DNA of 40,000 nt, taken from Clostridia bacterium (GTDB lineage: Bacteria; Bacillota; Clostridia; Christensenellales; UBA1242). The notes below the pieces were generated by a model. The model was not told the DNA's origin. It was given only the letters and a program-made list of their open reading frames with translations, and searched no databases. Made by a program: the position numbers and the translations under genes. This document shows positions 1 to 8,774 of the stretch, one piece after another (the stretch's first letter is position 1; each line of letters begins with the position of its first letter). The stretch is from NCBI GenBank assembly GCA_045657465.1, contig JAZOTD010000036.1, forward strand, positions 11,372 to 51,371, read 5' to 3'.

Positions 1-480
1 CTCATATTTTTTGTTAAACACAACTAACAAAAATCGTCCAAAATCGAGTGGAAAAATTGGCAAAAAATTAAACAACAAAATCGACCAATTTGCAACCAAA
101 ATATCACTTAAAAAAATATAAGATTCTGGCTTAAACCAAAACATCAAATAACAAAAAATCACAACTAAAAAATTGAATATTGGACCCGCCAAAACAATCT
201 TTATTTCATCATCTAAAACAAAATCATCATCACCTTCGAGTGACGCTCCAAAAAAAGTTAAATGGATTTTCTTTGGCAAATAACCAAGTTTTTTAGAAAC
301 AACAAAATGACTCATCTCATGCAAAACAACAAAAATCACATGATAAAAATATAGCTTCATTTCATCAAGTAAAAATGCTAAACACAAAAGTAACAAAAAA
401 GAAAAATCAATTTTAAAAACTTTAAAAAAATCTGCAATTTTCTGCAATTTTTTGTCGTTTTTATTGAAATATTGCATCAT
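1..480 (-). CDS. M50 family intramembrane metalloprotease (SpoIVFB-like), partial, C-terminus beyond window start
   Basis: Reverse-strand reading from ATG at 480 gives MMQYFNKNDKK...VVLHEMSHFVVSKKLGY...LAGPIFNLVL...LFNFLPIFPLDFGRFLL; HExxH (HEMSH) plus NxxPxxPLDxGR motif are M50B hallmarks. Not in the supplied ORF track (open at window edge). Confidence 0.85.
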   Translation of the reverse strand, partial: MMQYFNKNDKKLQKIADFFKVFKIDFSFLLLLCLAFLLDEMKLYFYHVIFVVLHEMSHFVVSKKLGYLPKKIHLTFFGASLEGDDDFVLDDEIKIVLAGPIFNFLVVIFCYLMFWFKPESYIFLSDILVANWSILLFNFLPIFPLDFGRFLLVVFNKKYE

Positions 481-501
481 TACTTAAATTTTATGCATTA
501 T

Positions 502-744
502 TTATTTGATTTTATCACTTTTAAAAACAACATTTTCAGCAACACAATCAACCATAAAAACAATATTTAAACCCCACAACATCTTCACATTCAACTTCAA
601 ATTTTCAGGAACAATCTTTGTGTATTTTGAAAACACCTCAAACAAATCACTTTTCAAATTTCTTAACTTATCAAGCGTAAGCTCACTTGAACTTAATGCT
701 ATCTCTTGTGAAATTTGATTAATCAAACTTTTATCATTATTCAT
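502..744 (-). CDS. MinE-like cell division topological specificity factor (divergent); ORF track start is 801 but ATG at 744 has a better RBS-like AAGGGTGG
   Basis: LRNLKSDLFEVFSKYTKIVPENLKLNVK resembles MinE [27 protein letters not shown]; short length; directly downstream of and overlapping minD-like gene; upstream of M50 protease as in clostridial min loci. Confidence 0.6.
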   Translation of the reverse strand: MNNDKSLINQISQEIALSSSELTLDKLRNLKSDLFEVFSKYTKIVPENLKLNVKMLWGLNIVFMVDCVAENVVFKSDKIK

Positions 745-1513
745 ATTTTTTAGCCACCCTTTTTCTAAAATATCCAATAATCCCACAGTATCTTTTTTCA
801 TAGTTGATTAAATATGGATTGTTAGTTATAAAAACATTACAAAACAATTTCATCATTTTCTTTTGTTTTTTAGTTATACTTTTAAAACTAAAACAATTAA
901 ATTTATAAAACTTTTCAAACACAAACAAAACATCAGTTTCAAACAAATTTTGAACATCAGAATCACTCACCCTTTCACCACTCAACTGCCCAACAATAAA
1001 AGCCTTGTTTATGACTATTTTTATATTTGTTATATTTTTGAAGTATCTAATTTTTTGAATAAATTTATATGAGTTCAAAACATCAATTTTCTCATCACCC
1101 ATAACAATTATTGTTTCATTTGAATATTTTAAAAATAAATTCAAATTTTCAAAATCATTGTTATTCACATCAATAAAAATAAAGTCAAAATTTTTTGAAA
1201 TATTATTTATAAATTCACAAAACACACTTTCGTGTCGTTTATAATCAAAATTAGTCTTGTTAGTTTTTAAATAAAGCAGATTATGTTTTGCATAATTTAA
1301 AACATCATACTCTCTAGCGTCTCCAGTTATATATTCTTTAAAATCAATTTCCTTTTTTACATCAAATCTCATCGCCAGGTCATTAATAGAAAAATAGCCA
1401 TCAATTAATAAAATTTTTTTATTTTGATTTCGCATTTGTTCTGCAAGTGTCAAAATAATAGATGTCTTACCAACACCACCACGACTTCCAACAAAACTAA
1501 TTATTCTGCACAT
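737..1513 (-). CDS. MinD/ParA-family P-loop ATPase, MinD-like, divergent
   Basis: N-terminal MCRIISFVGSRGGVGKTS deviant Walker A, FDFIFIDVN Walker-B-like, basic/hydrophobic C-terminal tail CGIIGYFRKRVAKKYE resembling MinD membrane targeting sequence; followed by MinE-like ORF. Confidence 0.75.
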   Translation of the reverse strand: MCRIISFVGSRGGVGKTSIILTLAEQMRNQNKKILLIDGYFSINDLAMRFDVKKEIDFKEYITGDAREYDVLNYAKHNLLYLKTNKTNFDYKRHESVFCEFINNISKNFDFIFIDVNNNDFENLNLFLKYSNETIIVMGDEKIDVLNSYKFIQKIRYFKNITNIKIVINKAFIVGQLSGERVSDSDVQNLFETDVLFVFEKFYKFNCFSFKSITKKQKKMMKLFCNVFITNNPYLINYEKRYCGIIGYFRKRVAKKYE

Positions 1514-1657
1514 ACTTAAATATTAATACTAAAACACTAATTTTTATATGCTAGATATGCTGATTAATGTAGTTTTTTAACCCAAAATAAACATTTTTCG
1601 GTTTTATGTTTGTATAATACAGAAAAAATATTATATAATTAGTTTAGGAGATTAATT

Positions 1658-2665
1658 ATGTCAACTTTTTATATTGGAATAAAAATGGGTTCAACAACAA
1701 CCTACATCTACAAAGCTGGAAACGGAATTGTTTTAAAAGAACCTTCTCTCATTGCCATGCCAACTAACATGAAAGTTAAAGATGTTAAAGCAATTGGCGA
1801 AGATGCAAAAAAACTCATTGGAAGACTTCCTAGCAATATCACAATATTCTCACCAATTTCTGGCGGAACAATTCAATATGAAGAACTAGCTGTTTTAATG
1901 CTCAAAGGATTCTTAAGAAAAATTTTTCCAAACAAAACTCTTGGCCAAAACATAAAAGCTATTGTCACCACCCCAGTTAGTTTGTCGCCACAAGAGAAAA
2001 AAGTTTTTGAAACCACTTGTTTTAAAGCTGGCATTGCTGACGTGTTTTTAATTCCTGATGTTTTATCATACGCCGTTGGAAATGGAATCGATATTCAAAA
2101 TGAAAATGCAAACTTAATTGTAAACATTGGCGGCGAAACAACAAATATTGCCGTTGTTTCAAATTATTCAATCATCAATGGTTTCACCCTTTCATTTGGA
2201 GGTTCAATCATTAGCGTTGCCATTGCAAAATATATCGAAGAAACTTACAATTTCTACATAAGCACTGAACAGGCAGAACAATTAAAAGTTGAAATCTGCT
2301 CTCTATTTGAAACATATTCTGTATCTTACGATATCACAGGGCTCAACAAAAAAACTCAAGCAAAAGAACAATTAACAATCAATGCAACCGAACTTTACCC
2401 TATTGTAAAACACTATTATTCGCTCATTGCTGAAGCAATCAATTCAGTGATTCAGTCAAGCGACCCAGAAGTTATTTCAGACATTTCCAAAAATGGAATC
2501 TATTTTTATGGTGGCGGTTCTTCAATAATTGGTCTTGAAAAATTCATGGCCGAACAAACCACATTTAAAATCAACCCACCAGACACAAGCAGGTCAAACA
2601 TTCTCGGAACCGGTGTTTTAATCAAATATCCACAACTCTTAAAAAAGATTTTAAAGAACACTTAA
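1658..2665 (+). CDS. MreB/Mbl-like actin-fold protein with altered nucleotide-site residues
   Basis: GNGIVLKEPSLIAM, AIGEDAKKLIGRLPSNI, GTIQYEELAVLML, LIVNIGGETTNIAVVS match MreB family order and spacing. Confidence 0.8.
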   Translation: MSTFYIGIKMGSTTTYIYKAGNGIVLKEPSLIAMPTNMKVKDVKAIGEDAKKLIGRLPSNITIFSPISGGTIQYEELAVLMLKGFLRKIFPNKTLGQNIKAIVTTPVSLSPQEKKVFETTCFKAGIADVFLIPDVLSYAVGNGIDIQNENANLIVNIGGETTNIAVVSNYSIINGFTLSFGGSIISVAIAKYIEETYNFYISTEQAEQLKVEICSLFETYSVSYDITGLNKKTQAKEQLTINATELYPIVKHYYSLIAEAINSVIQSSDPEVISDISKNGIYFYGGGSSIIGLEKFMAEQTTFKINPPDTSRSNILGTGVLIKYPQLLKKILKNT

Positions 2666-2724
2666 TTATAATTAGTTTTTAATCAAATAGTTATGAGTCA
2701 ATATCCATTTAAAAATTTTGGGTA

Positions 2725-2753
2725 TTGACTTTTTTGTTAAATTTTGGTATAAT
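2725..2753 (+). promoter_or_regulatory. Sigma-70-type promoter for the 2834 gene
   Basis: TTGACT (2725-2730), 17-bp spacer, TATAAT (2748-2753). Confidence 0.85.
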
Positions 2754-2833
2754 AACAGCGCAATTAAGTCAAGTCCGCATAAACTATGAATTTTGCGGTA
2801 ATTTACTTTAATTCAAAGGGAGTATAAAACAAT

Positions 2834-3577
2834 ATGGAATCTAAAAAAAAGAAAAAGATTATCCTTATTGTTTCATTAGTATCAATTTTTTTAATTGTCG
2901 CTGTTTTAGGAACGTTTTTTACTATAAAAGCAATTAATAATAAAGACAACGACAGCAGCACCCCAGCAACGAATGTGAATAGTTCACTTGGGGTTGATGA
3001 GAGACTATTTGAAGCACATAAGGCTATTATGAACGAAGAAGTTTCTGCTGATTTCAACGGAAACTACAAATTTAAAACTGTTAGTTCAATTATCTTTAAT
3101 AAAGATTTAAACAAAGAACAAATTGAGAAAATCTGTGCATTGCAAGGAACCAACGACCCTAACGGTCTTCAAGGCAAAATTCTTGAAACAAAAAAAGCCG
3201 AAGCAACCCAAAACAATGAAGTTATTGTTTTAAAAGCAAAAGACGGCTACGGTTCTTACACAAGAAGTTACAATTCAAAAGATGTTATTGAATACGGAAG
3301 ATATTTTGGAAACAATGATCTTTCAGAAATAAGCATCTATGATTATGCAACAAAAGACTACTTCTCTTTATATGACATGTCACTTACAAGCATAAAAGAA
3401 GCCGACATCACTTCTTTAAACTCAAGTGCAAACACACATAAAGACAAGCTCTATTTATATAAAAAGGTTTACAGCAAAGAAAATCCAAATCTTATTTTAT
3501 TTACAATCACTTATGTATATGAGTTGATACCTGCTGAACCACCTATTTCAGATTCAGAATTAGATTTTGTTATTTAA
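2834..3577 (+). CDS. Hypothetical exported protein with N-terminal transmembrane/signal anchor
   Basis: MESKKKKKIILIVSLVSIFLIVAVLGTFFTI hydrophobic N-terminus, then S/N/D-rich linker; upstream promoter. Confidence 0.7.
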   Translation: MESKKKKKIILIVSLVSIFLIVAVLGTFFTIKAINNKDNDSSTPATNVNSSLGVDERLFEAHKAIMNEEVSADFNGNYKFKTVSSIIFNKDLNKEQIEKICALQGTNDPNGLQGKILETKKAEATQNNEVIVLKAKDGYGSYTRSYNSKDVIEYGRYFGNNDLSEISIYDYATKDYFSLYDMSLTSIKEADITSLNSSANTHKDKLYLYKKVYSKENPNLILFTITYVYELIPAEPPISDSELDFVI

Positions 3578-3599
3578 TTAAAGATAAAGGAGAATATTT

Positions 3600-4616
3600 A
3601 TGAAGAAGCTTATCAAAAATATTTCAAAAGCATTATGTTTATTATTTGTGTTTTCATTTTCAATAATTTCAATTGTTGGATGTGGAAACAAAGACAATTC
3701 AAACGATAAAAAAGCAAACAACACCGCGTCAACAACAATCGGTGGAGATATCAACAACTCAGCTGACAATGTAAACCAAGATGATATAACCGCTGAAGAA
3801 GTTGCTCTTAATGGCATTTACAAATATGCCCGCCCTGTTATCTATGCTGATACATATTGGACTGTTTCAAATGAAGAGATTTTCGATTATTTCGATACAA
3901 CAGACATCAATGGTGTCTACAATGCTCTTTTAAAATTGAACTTTTTAGATATTGTAAACTCAAATATCTATGAACTTGACGGCGACACAATTGAAACAAT
4001 GGTTTATTTCAACGAAGAAAAATTCATCTATATTGAATTTACTGGAACTTATTACAAGACCGGTGAAGAATATAACATCAATGAACTCACAAGCAAAATT
4101 GAAATAATTGATGAAGAAAATTTTATTGTTCACGCTCCATTTTCTTACGTAAATGATTCAAATGAAGTTGTTGAAACACCTATCATCGTAAAAATTCCAT
4201 ACGTAAAAGTTGCAGATTCAGAAAACACTTTAGTTGGAAATATTTATACCTATCAAACAGGTTCTGCAAATATTATTATTTCAAATCAATCAACAATTAC
4301 AAAAGAAGAAGCTTTCTTAAAGCTTGCAGAGCTTTTTGAAATCAACACAGATGCAGACATTTCTGCAGAAGTTGAAGACATGTTCGCAAACTTTGATATT
4401 CAAATCAATGAAGTTCTTTCAAATGTTACTTTCCTTTGCAAATATGATGACACATTTAGATTTTCAAGCATTTCAAACGCAACATCAACAATCGATGGAA
4501 TGACAATTTCACTCACAAGCAGAAGCATCAATGTTGCAACTGGCATTGAAACATTAAACCTTGAAATCATGCTTGATGAAAACACAACACTCACATTTTC
4601 TTATCAAGCAGCTTAA
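3600..4616 (+). CDS. Putative lipoprotein of unknown function
   Basis: MKKLIKNISKALCLLFVFSFSIISIVGCGN signal peptide with lipobox-like SIVGC. Confidence 0.75.
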   Translation: MKKLIKNISKALCLLFVFSFSIISIVGCGNKDNSNDKKANNTASTTIGGDINNSADNVNQDDITAEEVALNGIYKYARPVIYADTYWTVSNEEIFDYFDTTDINGVYNALLKLNFLDIVNSNIYELDGDTIETMVYFNEEKFIYIEFTGTYYKTGEEYNINELTSKIEIIDEENFIVHAPFSYVNDSNEVVETPIIVKIPYVKVADSENTLVGNIYTYQTGSANIIISNQSTITKEEAFLKLAELFEINTDADISAEVEDMFANFDIQINEVLSNVTFLCKYDDTFRFSSISNATSTIDGMTISLTSRSINVATGIETLNLEIMLDENTTLTFSYQAA

Positions 4617-4635
4617 TTAAATAACTATTTTCAAT

Positions 4636-4670
4636 AAAAAGACATACAACAATTCGCTGTATGTCTTTTT
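4636..4670 (+). terminator. Rho-independent (probably bidirectional) terminator
   Basis: AAAAAGACATACaacaattcgctGTATGTCTTTTT. Confidence 0.85.
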
Positions 4671-4747
4671 CTATTTCATTTAGCACTTAAATTTTTCAAA
4701 ACTTACCTTTTTGACTTATCAGTTAATCACAATATTTAAACATACAA

Positions 4748-4776
4748 AAAAAGAACTGCAATTTGCAGTTCTTTTT
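4748..4776 (-). terminator. Rho-independent terminator for the 4780-6300 gene
   Basis: AAAAAGAACTGCAA-T-TTGCAGTTCTTTTT palindrome just past the stop codon. Confidence 0.75.
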
Positions 4777-4779
4777 ATT

Positions 4780-6300
4780 TTATAAAATTTCAAGTTTCTT
4801 ATGGAATGTCTTTTCGAAATCTCTGCCAACATCCATACCCCTTTGAATTTCAAATGTTGCATCAGCAACAGTAACAGTTTTCATAATAACTGAATCACCC
4901 AAGATGTCACAGTTAATATCAACAATAACACTGTTTTTGGTTCTATCAAAACATTCAGCCAATCTCAAGATGACACCAAGTTTCTTTGTTGCATCAATGT
5001 CTTCAACTGTCAAAATACCATTATATTTTGCCCAGTCAGCCATTTTTATGTCACCACCTGAATGAAGCGATGCCACAAAACTTGCCAAAATCAATTCTCT
5101 GTGAGTCAACCCATAAATTTCACTGTTAAGAACAACTTCAAATGAGTGACTAGCGTGTTTGTTATAGCTAATTCTCTTACCTACATCGTGCATATAAGAT
5201 GCAACTCTGAGCACCTTTACATATCCACGTGGAAGTTTGTGAAGAACTCTAAGTTGTTTAAAGAGCAGCATTGACAAGTTGTAAACTTGTTCATTGTGTT
5301 TTGTTGAATTTGCTTCATATTCAGAAGTTTGAGCCATAACTGAGAAACCAACAATGTCTGAATTTGGTTTTTCAATAGTAGTTGGTGTAACTGAATTGAA
5401 AAGCAAACCTTCAACCAGTGATCTAGTTGTGATTGTGATTGTTTCTCTTTCAAATTCTTCTGAAATAGCTTTGATGATTTGCACTGCATATGCAAAGATA
5501 TCCGCTCTTGATTCATGCAAACCTTTAAGTCTCTTGTTTTCATTCAATTCAAGCGCTTTGAGTTGTTTTAAAATGTGATCGATATTTGCACTCTTCAAAA
5601 CATAACCATCATCTTTGTCAAGTGGATATTTTGTGTAAATTCTGTCCATACTTGAAAGATCTTCAAAATAAACACCATTGCCCACAAACACATATTCTTG
5701 GTCAATTGTTTTAAGCCAATCAAAGTCTGAAAGTTGTGATTTAACATACTTAACAACTTTTTCAAAGGCTTCCTCTTTTCCAAGTTTTGAAACAGGATAC
5801 ATGTCAACTAAAGTTTTTGGACCAACCGGAATAAACGCCTGGTTCAAAATATTTCTTCTGTTATAATGAATCAAGTGAATGTTATCAGTTCCAACATTTA
5901 CAATTAAACCTTTTGGAATATCATAACTATTCATTACACCAGTATAGATTGCAGCATTTTGTTCTTCAGGTGAAAGCACCGAAAATCTAAAGCCACAAGT
6001 CACAAACACTTCATCAAAGAAGCTGTAAATATTCATTGGTTTTGAATCTTTAATAAAACTTGCAATTGCGATGGTTTTTGTAACTTCAAACATATCACAA
6101 ATTTTTCTAAAATTCTTTAATGTGCTAATGATAGATGAGATTTGATTTTTCTTTAAGAAATGATCATCGTCCATTTCAAGACCAAACTTGATTGGCTCAA
6201 CCTCAACATCACAAATTGAAAAATAATTATCTTGAACAACATTCGCAATAACCAATTTTGCGGAATAAGTTTCAACAAGAACAACAGCAATTTTATCCAC
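4780..6300 (-). CDS. Ppx/GppA-like actin-fold N-terminal domain plus HD domain (exopolyphosphatase/pppGpp phosphohydrolase family), possibly inactive N-domain
   Basis: VLSPEEQNAAIYTGV, GLIVNVGTDNIHLIHYN, YMHDVGKRISYNKHASHSFEVVLNSEIYGLTHRE (HD motif). Confidence 0.65.
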   Translation of the reverse strand: MDKIAVVLVETYSAKLVIANVVQDNYFSICDVEVEPIKFGLEMDDDHFLKKNQISSIISTLKNFRKICDMFEVTKTIAIASFIKDSKPMNIYSFFDEVFVTCGFRFSVLSPEEQNAAIYTGVMNSYDIPKGLIVNVGTDNIHLIHYNRRNILNQAFIPVGPKTLVDMYPVSKLGKEEAFEKVVKYVKSQLSDFDWLKTIDQEYVFVGNGVYFEDLSSMDRIYTKYPLDKDDGYVLKSANIDHILKQLKALELNENKRLKGLHESRADIFAYAVQIIKAISEEFERETITITTRSLVEGLLFNSVTPTTIEKPNSDIVGFSVMAQTSEYEANSTKHNEQVYNLSMLLFKQLRVLHKLPRGYVKVLRVASYMHDVGKRISYNKHASHSFEVVLNSEIYGLTHRELILASFVASLHSGGDIKMADWAKYNGILTVEDIDATKKLGVILRLAECFDRTKNSVIVDINCDILGDSVIMKTVTVADATFEIQRGMDVGRDFEKTFHKKLEIL

Positions 6301-6465
6301 TATTATCTACTCTCCTAACTTATTTTACATACTACGATTATACCATAAAACAACTCGCTTGTATATGAATATAAAGATTATTTCTAATTATCGTTGGGGT
6401 ATATCAAAAAGTTATAGCACCCATACAAAATTTAAAATAGGTTGACATCAAATCAACCTATTTTT

Positions 6466-7248
6466 TTATAGTCTTGAAATTACGTGAGTTGGACAAGCCG
6501 CAACACACTTTCCACACTTAATACATTTTTCTGCATCAATCTTTGGCATGCCACCAACCATAGTAATTGCACCTGATGGACAAGCCACAACACACGCTTC
6601 ACAATGTGTGCAAGCAACTTCGCAATTTCTTGTTACAACTGAATCATTTGATGAATTGCTGCAAACAACTTCAACAAATTTCTTTGCAGGAATCATTGAA
6701 ATTAGCTCATTTGGACAAGCCCCAACACATTCTCCACAACCAACGCATCTTTCTTTGTCAACAACTGCACAGCCCTTTTTAGATATGCTTATTGCCCCAT
6801 AAACACAGGCTTTAGCACAATCTCCACAACCAAGACATGCAAATTGACAATGTTTATCACCAGAATGTTCCAAGTTTTTGCTGGCACAGGTTTGATCACC
6901 AACATAATGATATTTAGTTCCGCAATCACAACCACCTTTACATCTAACAAATGCAACACTGTTAAATCTAACCTTGCGTTCTTTCTTTAGAACTTGTCTA
7001 GCTCTCAAATAGTTTTTTCCAACGAAATATGGACACATGCTCATAATTGTTTTGCCTTTTGTTAAATCATCAGCAAACTTTGCACAATTAGGTCTTCCAC
7101 ATTTTCCACAATCTAAATTAGGCAACAATTCACGAACAACTTCTGCCGTTTTGTCTAATTTTTTGTTCTTATTCGTAACAACAACCATAATCACTATTGC
7201 AAGCAACAAGAAAACAATTGAGCCTGAATAAACAATAATTTTTAACAT
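6466..7248 (-). CDS. rnfB: RnfB-like ferredoxin subunit of Rnf complex
   Basis: N-terminal TM helix; LLPNLDCGKCGRPNCAKFADDL...CPYF cluster motif; multiple CxxCxxCxxxCP motifs; last gene of Rnf operon. Confidence 0.9.
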   Translation of the reverse strand: MLKIIVYSGSIVFLLLAIVIMVVVTNKNKKLDKTAEVVRELLPNLDCGKCGRPNCAKFADDLTKGKTIMSMCPYFVGKNYLRARQVLKKERKVRFNSVAFVRCKGGCDCGTKYHYVGDQTCASKNLEHSGDKHCQFACLGCGDCAKACVYGAISISKKGCAVVDKERCVGCGECVGACPNELISMIPAKKFVEVVCSNSSNDSVVTRNCEVACTHCEACVVACPSGAITMVGGMPKIDAEKCIKCGKCVAACPTHVISRL

Positions 7249-7257
7249 AGCAACTCC

Positions 7258-7833
7258 TTAAAACATTAATCCTGCGTAATGTAATAAAATTGAAAATATA
7301 GCAAGCAAAAACAATCTAGATGGAACATTTCTAAACGCTGAGTTTATATATGATCTGTTCACTGATTCAGTAAAGAATCCAACAAGCACACTCACAACCA
7401 AAACAGAAACAACAATGGCAATAATTGACATTGCAAATTCTGCAATTGGCATGCTCATATCGATTGTAAAAATCACTGAAAACGTAAATGACGCATCCAT
7501 AACATATGAAAATGAACTTTCATATAAATAATGTTTGAATGTTGAGATTTTTGACCAAATATGATTAACCAAAAGATTATATGTGCCAACAAACACAACC
7601 GCAACGCTCGCACTTATATATTCTAAATTAAATGGTTTGTAAACATATGTGTTCAACACATATGTTGCAAAACAACATAGAATGATTCCCACAACTAAAA
7701 AGACTGATTCCAAAAGCCTAAATGACTTATACATTTTTTCTCTTTGGAACAAAACAGCACCGGTTCCGTTAGAAACAACAATATTGCTTTTCAAACCATA
7801 TAAAACCAAATACGATAATAAAATTTGCAACAT
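7258..7833 (-). CDS. rnfA: RnfA-like membrane subunit, divergent, lacks the canonical cysteines
   Basis: Size (191 aa), membrane topology, operon position and patchy similarity (LYGLKSNIVVS, YVYKPFNLEYI). Confidence 0.65.
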   Translation of the reverse strand: MLQILLSYLVLYGLKSNIVVSNGTGAVLFQREKMYKSFRLLESVFLVVGIILCCFATYVLNTYVYKPFNLEYISASVAVVFVGTYNLLVNHIWSKISTFKHYLYESSFSYVMDASFTFSVIFTIDMSMPIAEFAMSIIAIVVSVLVVSVLVGFFTESVNRSYINSAFRNVPSRLFLLAIFSILLHYAGLMF

Positions 7834-8774
7834 TATTCATTATCCTCCTTTGGTTTTTTATTGAATACTTTTTCTACCTTTGCACCTTTAGCATTCTTTT
7901 TCTTCTTACCTTTCTTTGTCGCAGGTTCTTCAGGTTCAACTTCTTTAACTTCTTCTGCAGGTTTTTCGCTAGCAGTCATTTCTTCTGGCGGCTTGTCAGT
8001 GATTTCATTCATATCAACCACTTCGTTAGCACTTTCCTTTTCGTTGATTTCTTCAACTTTTTCACCATCAATCTTATTTGTTTCAATTTGATTTGCAAGA
8101 AGTCTTTGACGTCTTAAATTGTCATATTGGAAAACTTTTTCATTTCTAATCTTTTTCAATATCTTTTGATATTCAATTTGTTTTTTCGTAACTTTATTGG
8201 CAATAGCCTTATGAATAACCTCAGCAAGGAATGCAATAATACCCATCCATAACAAGTTAAACACTTGAGTTCTGCAGAATGCATGACCAGTAAATCCAAA
8301 CAATTGTCTTTCAAAAACTGTTCCATAAGCTAAAAATTCTTTAAACACACTATACACAAAGCCCATTAACGCAAACACAAACATAGCTCTCAAAACTTTA
8401 TACAAATAGTTTTTAGCAACCGCTTTTGTGTTGATATAAATGATATCAATACTCAAGATTGTTGTAGCAATAACTGACAAAAATCCTTCTTCGTGAACAT
8501 GCACATGAAGTCCAAAAAGTTCATATTTTTCAATAACAAAATCTAAAAGCGTCACAATAAACACTGACAATATTGCAGTCACAAACACTTTAACCGAACG
8601 ACTAAAGAATTTGTTAAACACCAAGCACACCAGTGCAGATATTAAATAACAAATACATGTAGCAATAATGAAATATATCGCATAGTTTGAATGAGCCATA
8701 ACAAACATTAGTGGACATAACGCCAAAATTGCGATATGCACAAAGCTCATTTCAATATTAGTTTTTAAATGCAT
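7833..8774 (-). CDS. rnfE: RnfE-like membrane subunit with a ~120-aa charged C-terminal extension; ORF track start is 8783 but AGGAGGT-spaced ATG is at 8774
   Basis: LALCPLMFVM resembles RnfE GLCPLLAV; operon position; K/E-rich tail. Confidence 0.7.
   Translation of the reverse strand: MHLKTNIEMSFVHIAILALCPLMFVMAHSNYAIYFIIATCICYLISALVCLVFNKFFSRSVKVFVTAILSVFIVTLLDFVIEKYELFGLHVHVHEEGFLSVIATTILSIDIIYINTKAVAKNYLYKVLRAMFVFALMGFVYSVFKEFLAYGTVFERQLFGFTGHAFCRTQVFNLLWMGIIAFLAEVIHKAIANKVTKKQIEYQKILKKIRNEKVFQYDNLRRQRLLANQIETNKIDGEKVEEINEKESANEVVDMNEITDKPPEEMTASEKPAEEVKEVEPEEPATKKGKKKKNAKGAKVEKVFNKKPKEDNE

Noticed and set aside
6548-6802. Plus-strand ORFs antisense to rnfB (cysteine/histidine/proline-rich translations)
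   Set aside because: Mirror frames of a strongly supported ferredoxin-motif gene; no RBS and composition reflects the CxxC repeats on the other strand.
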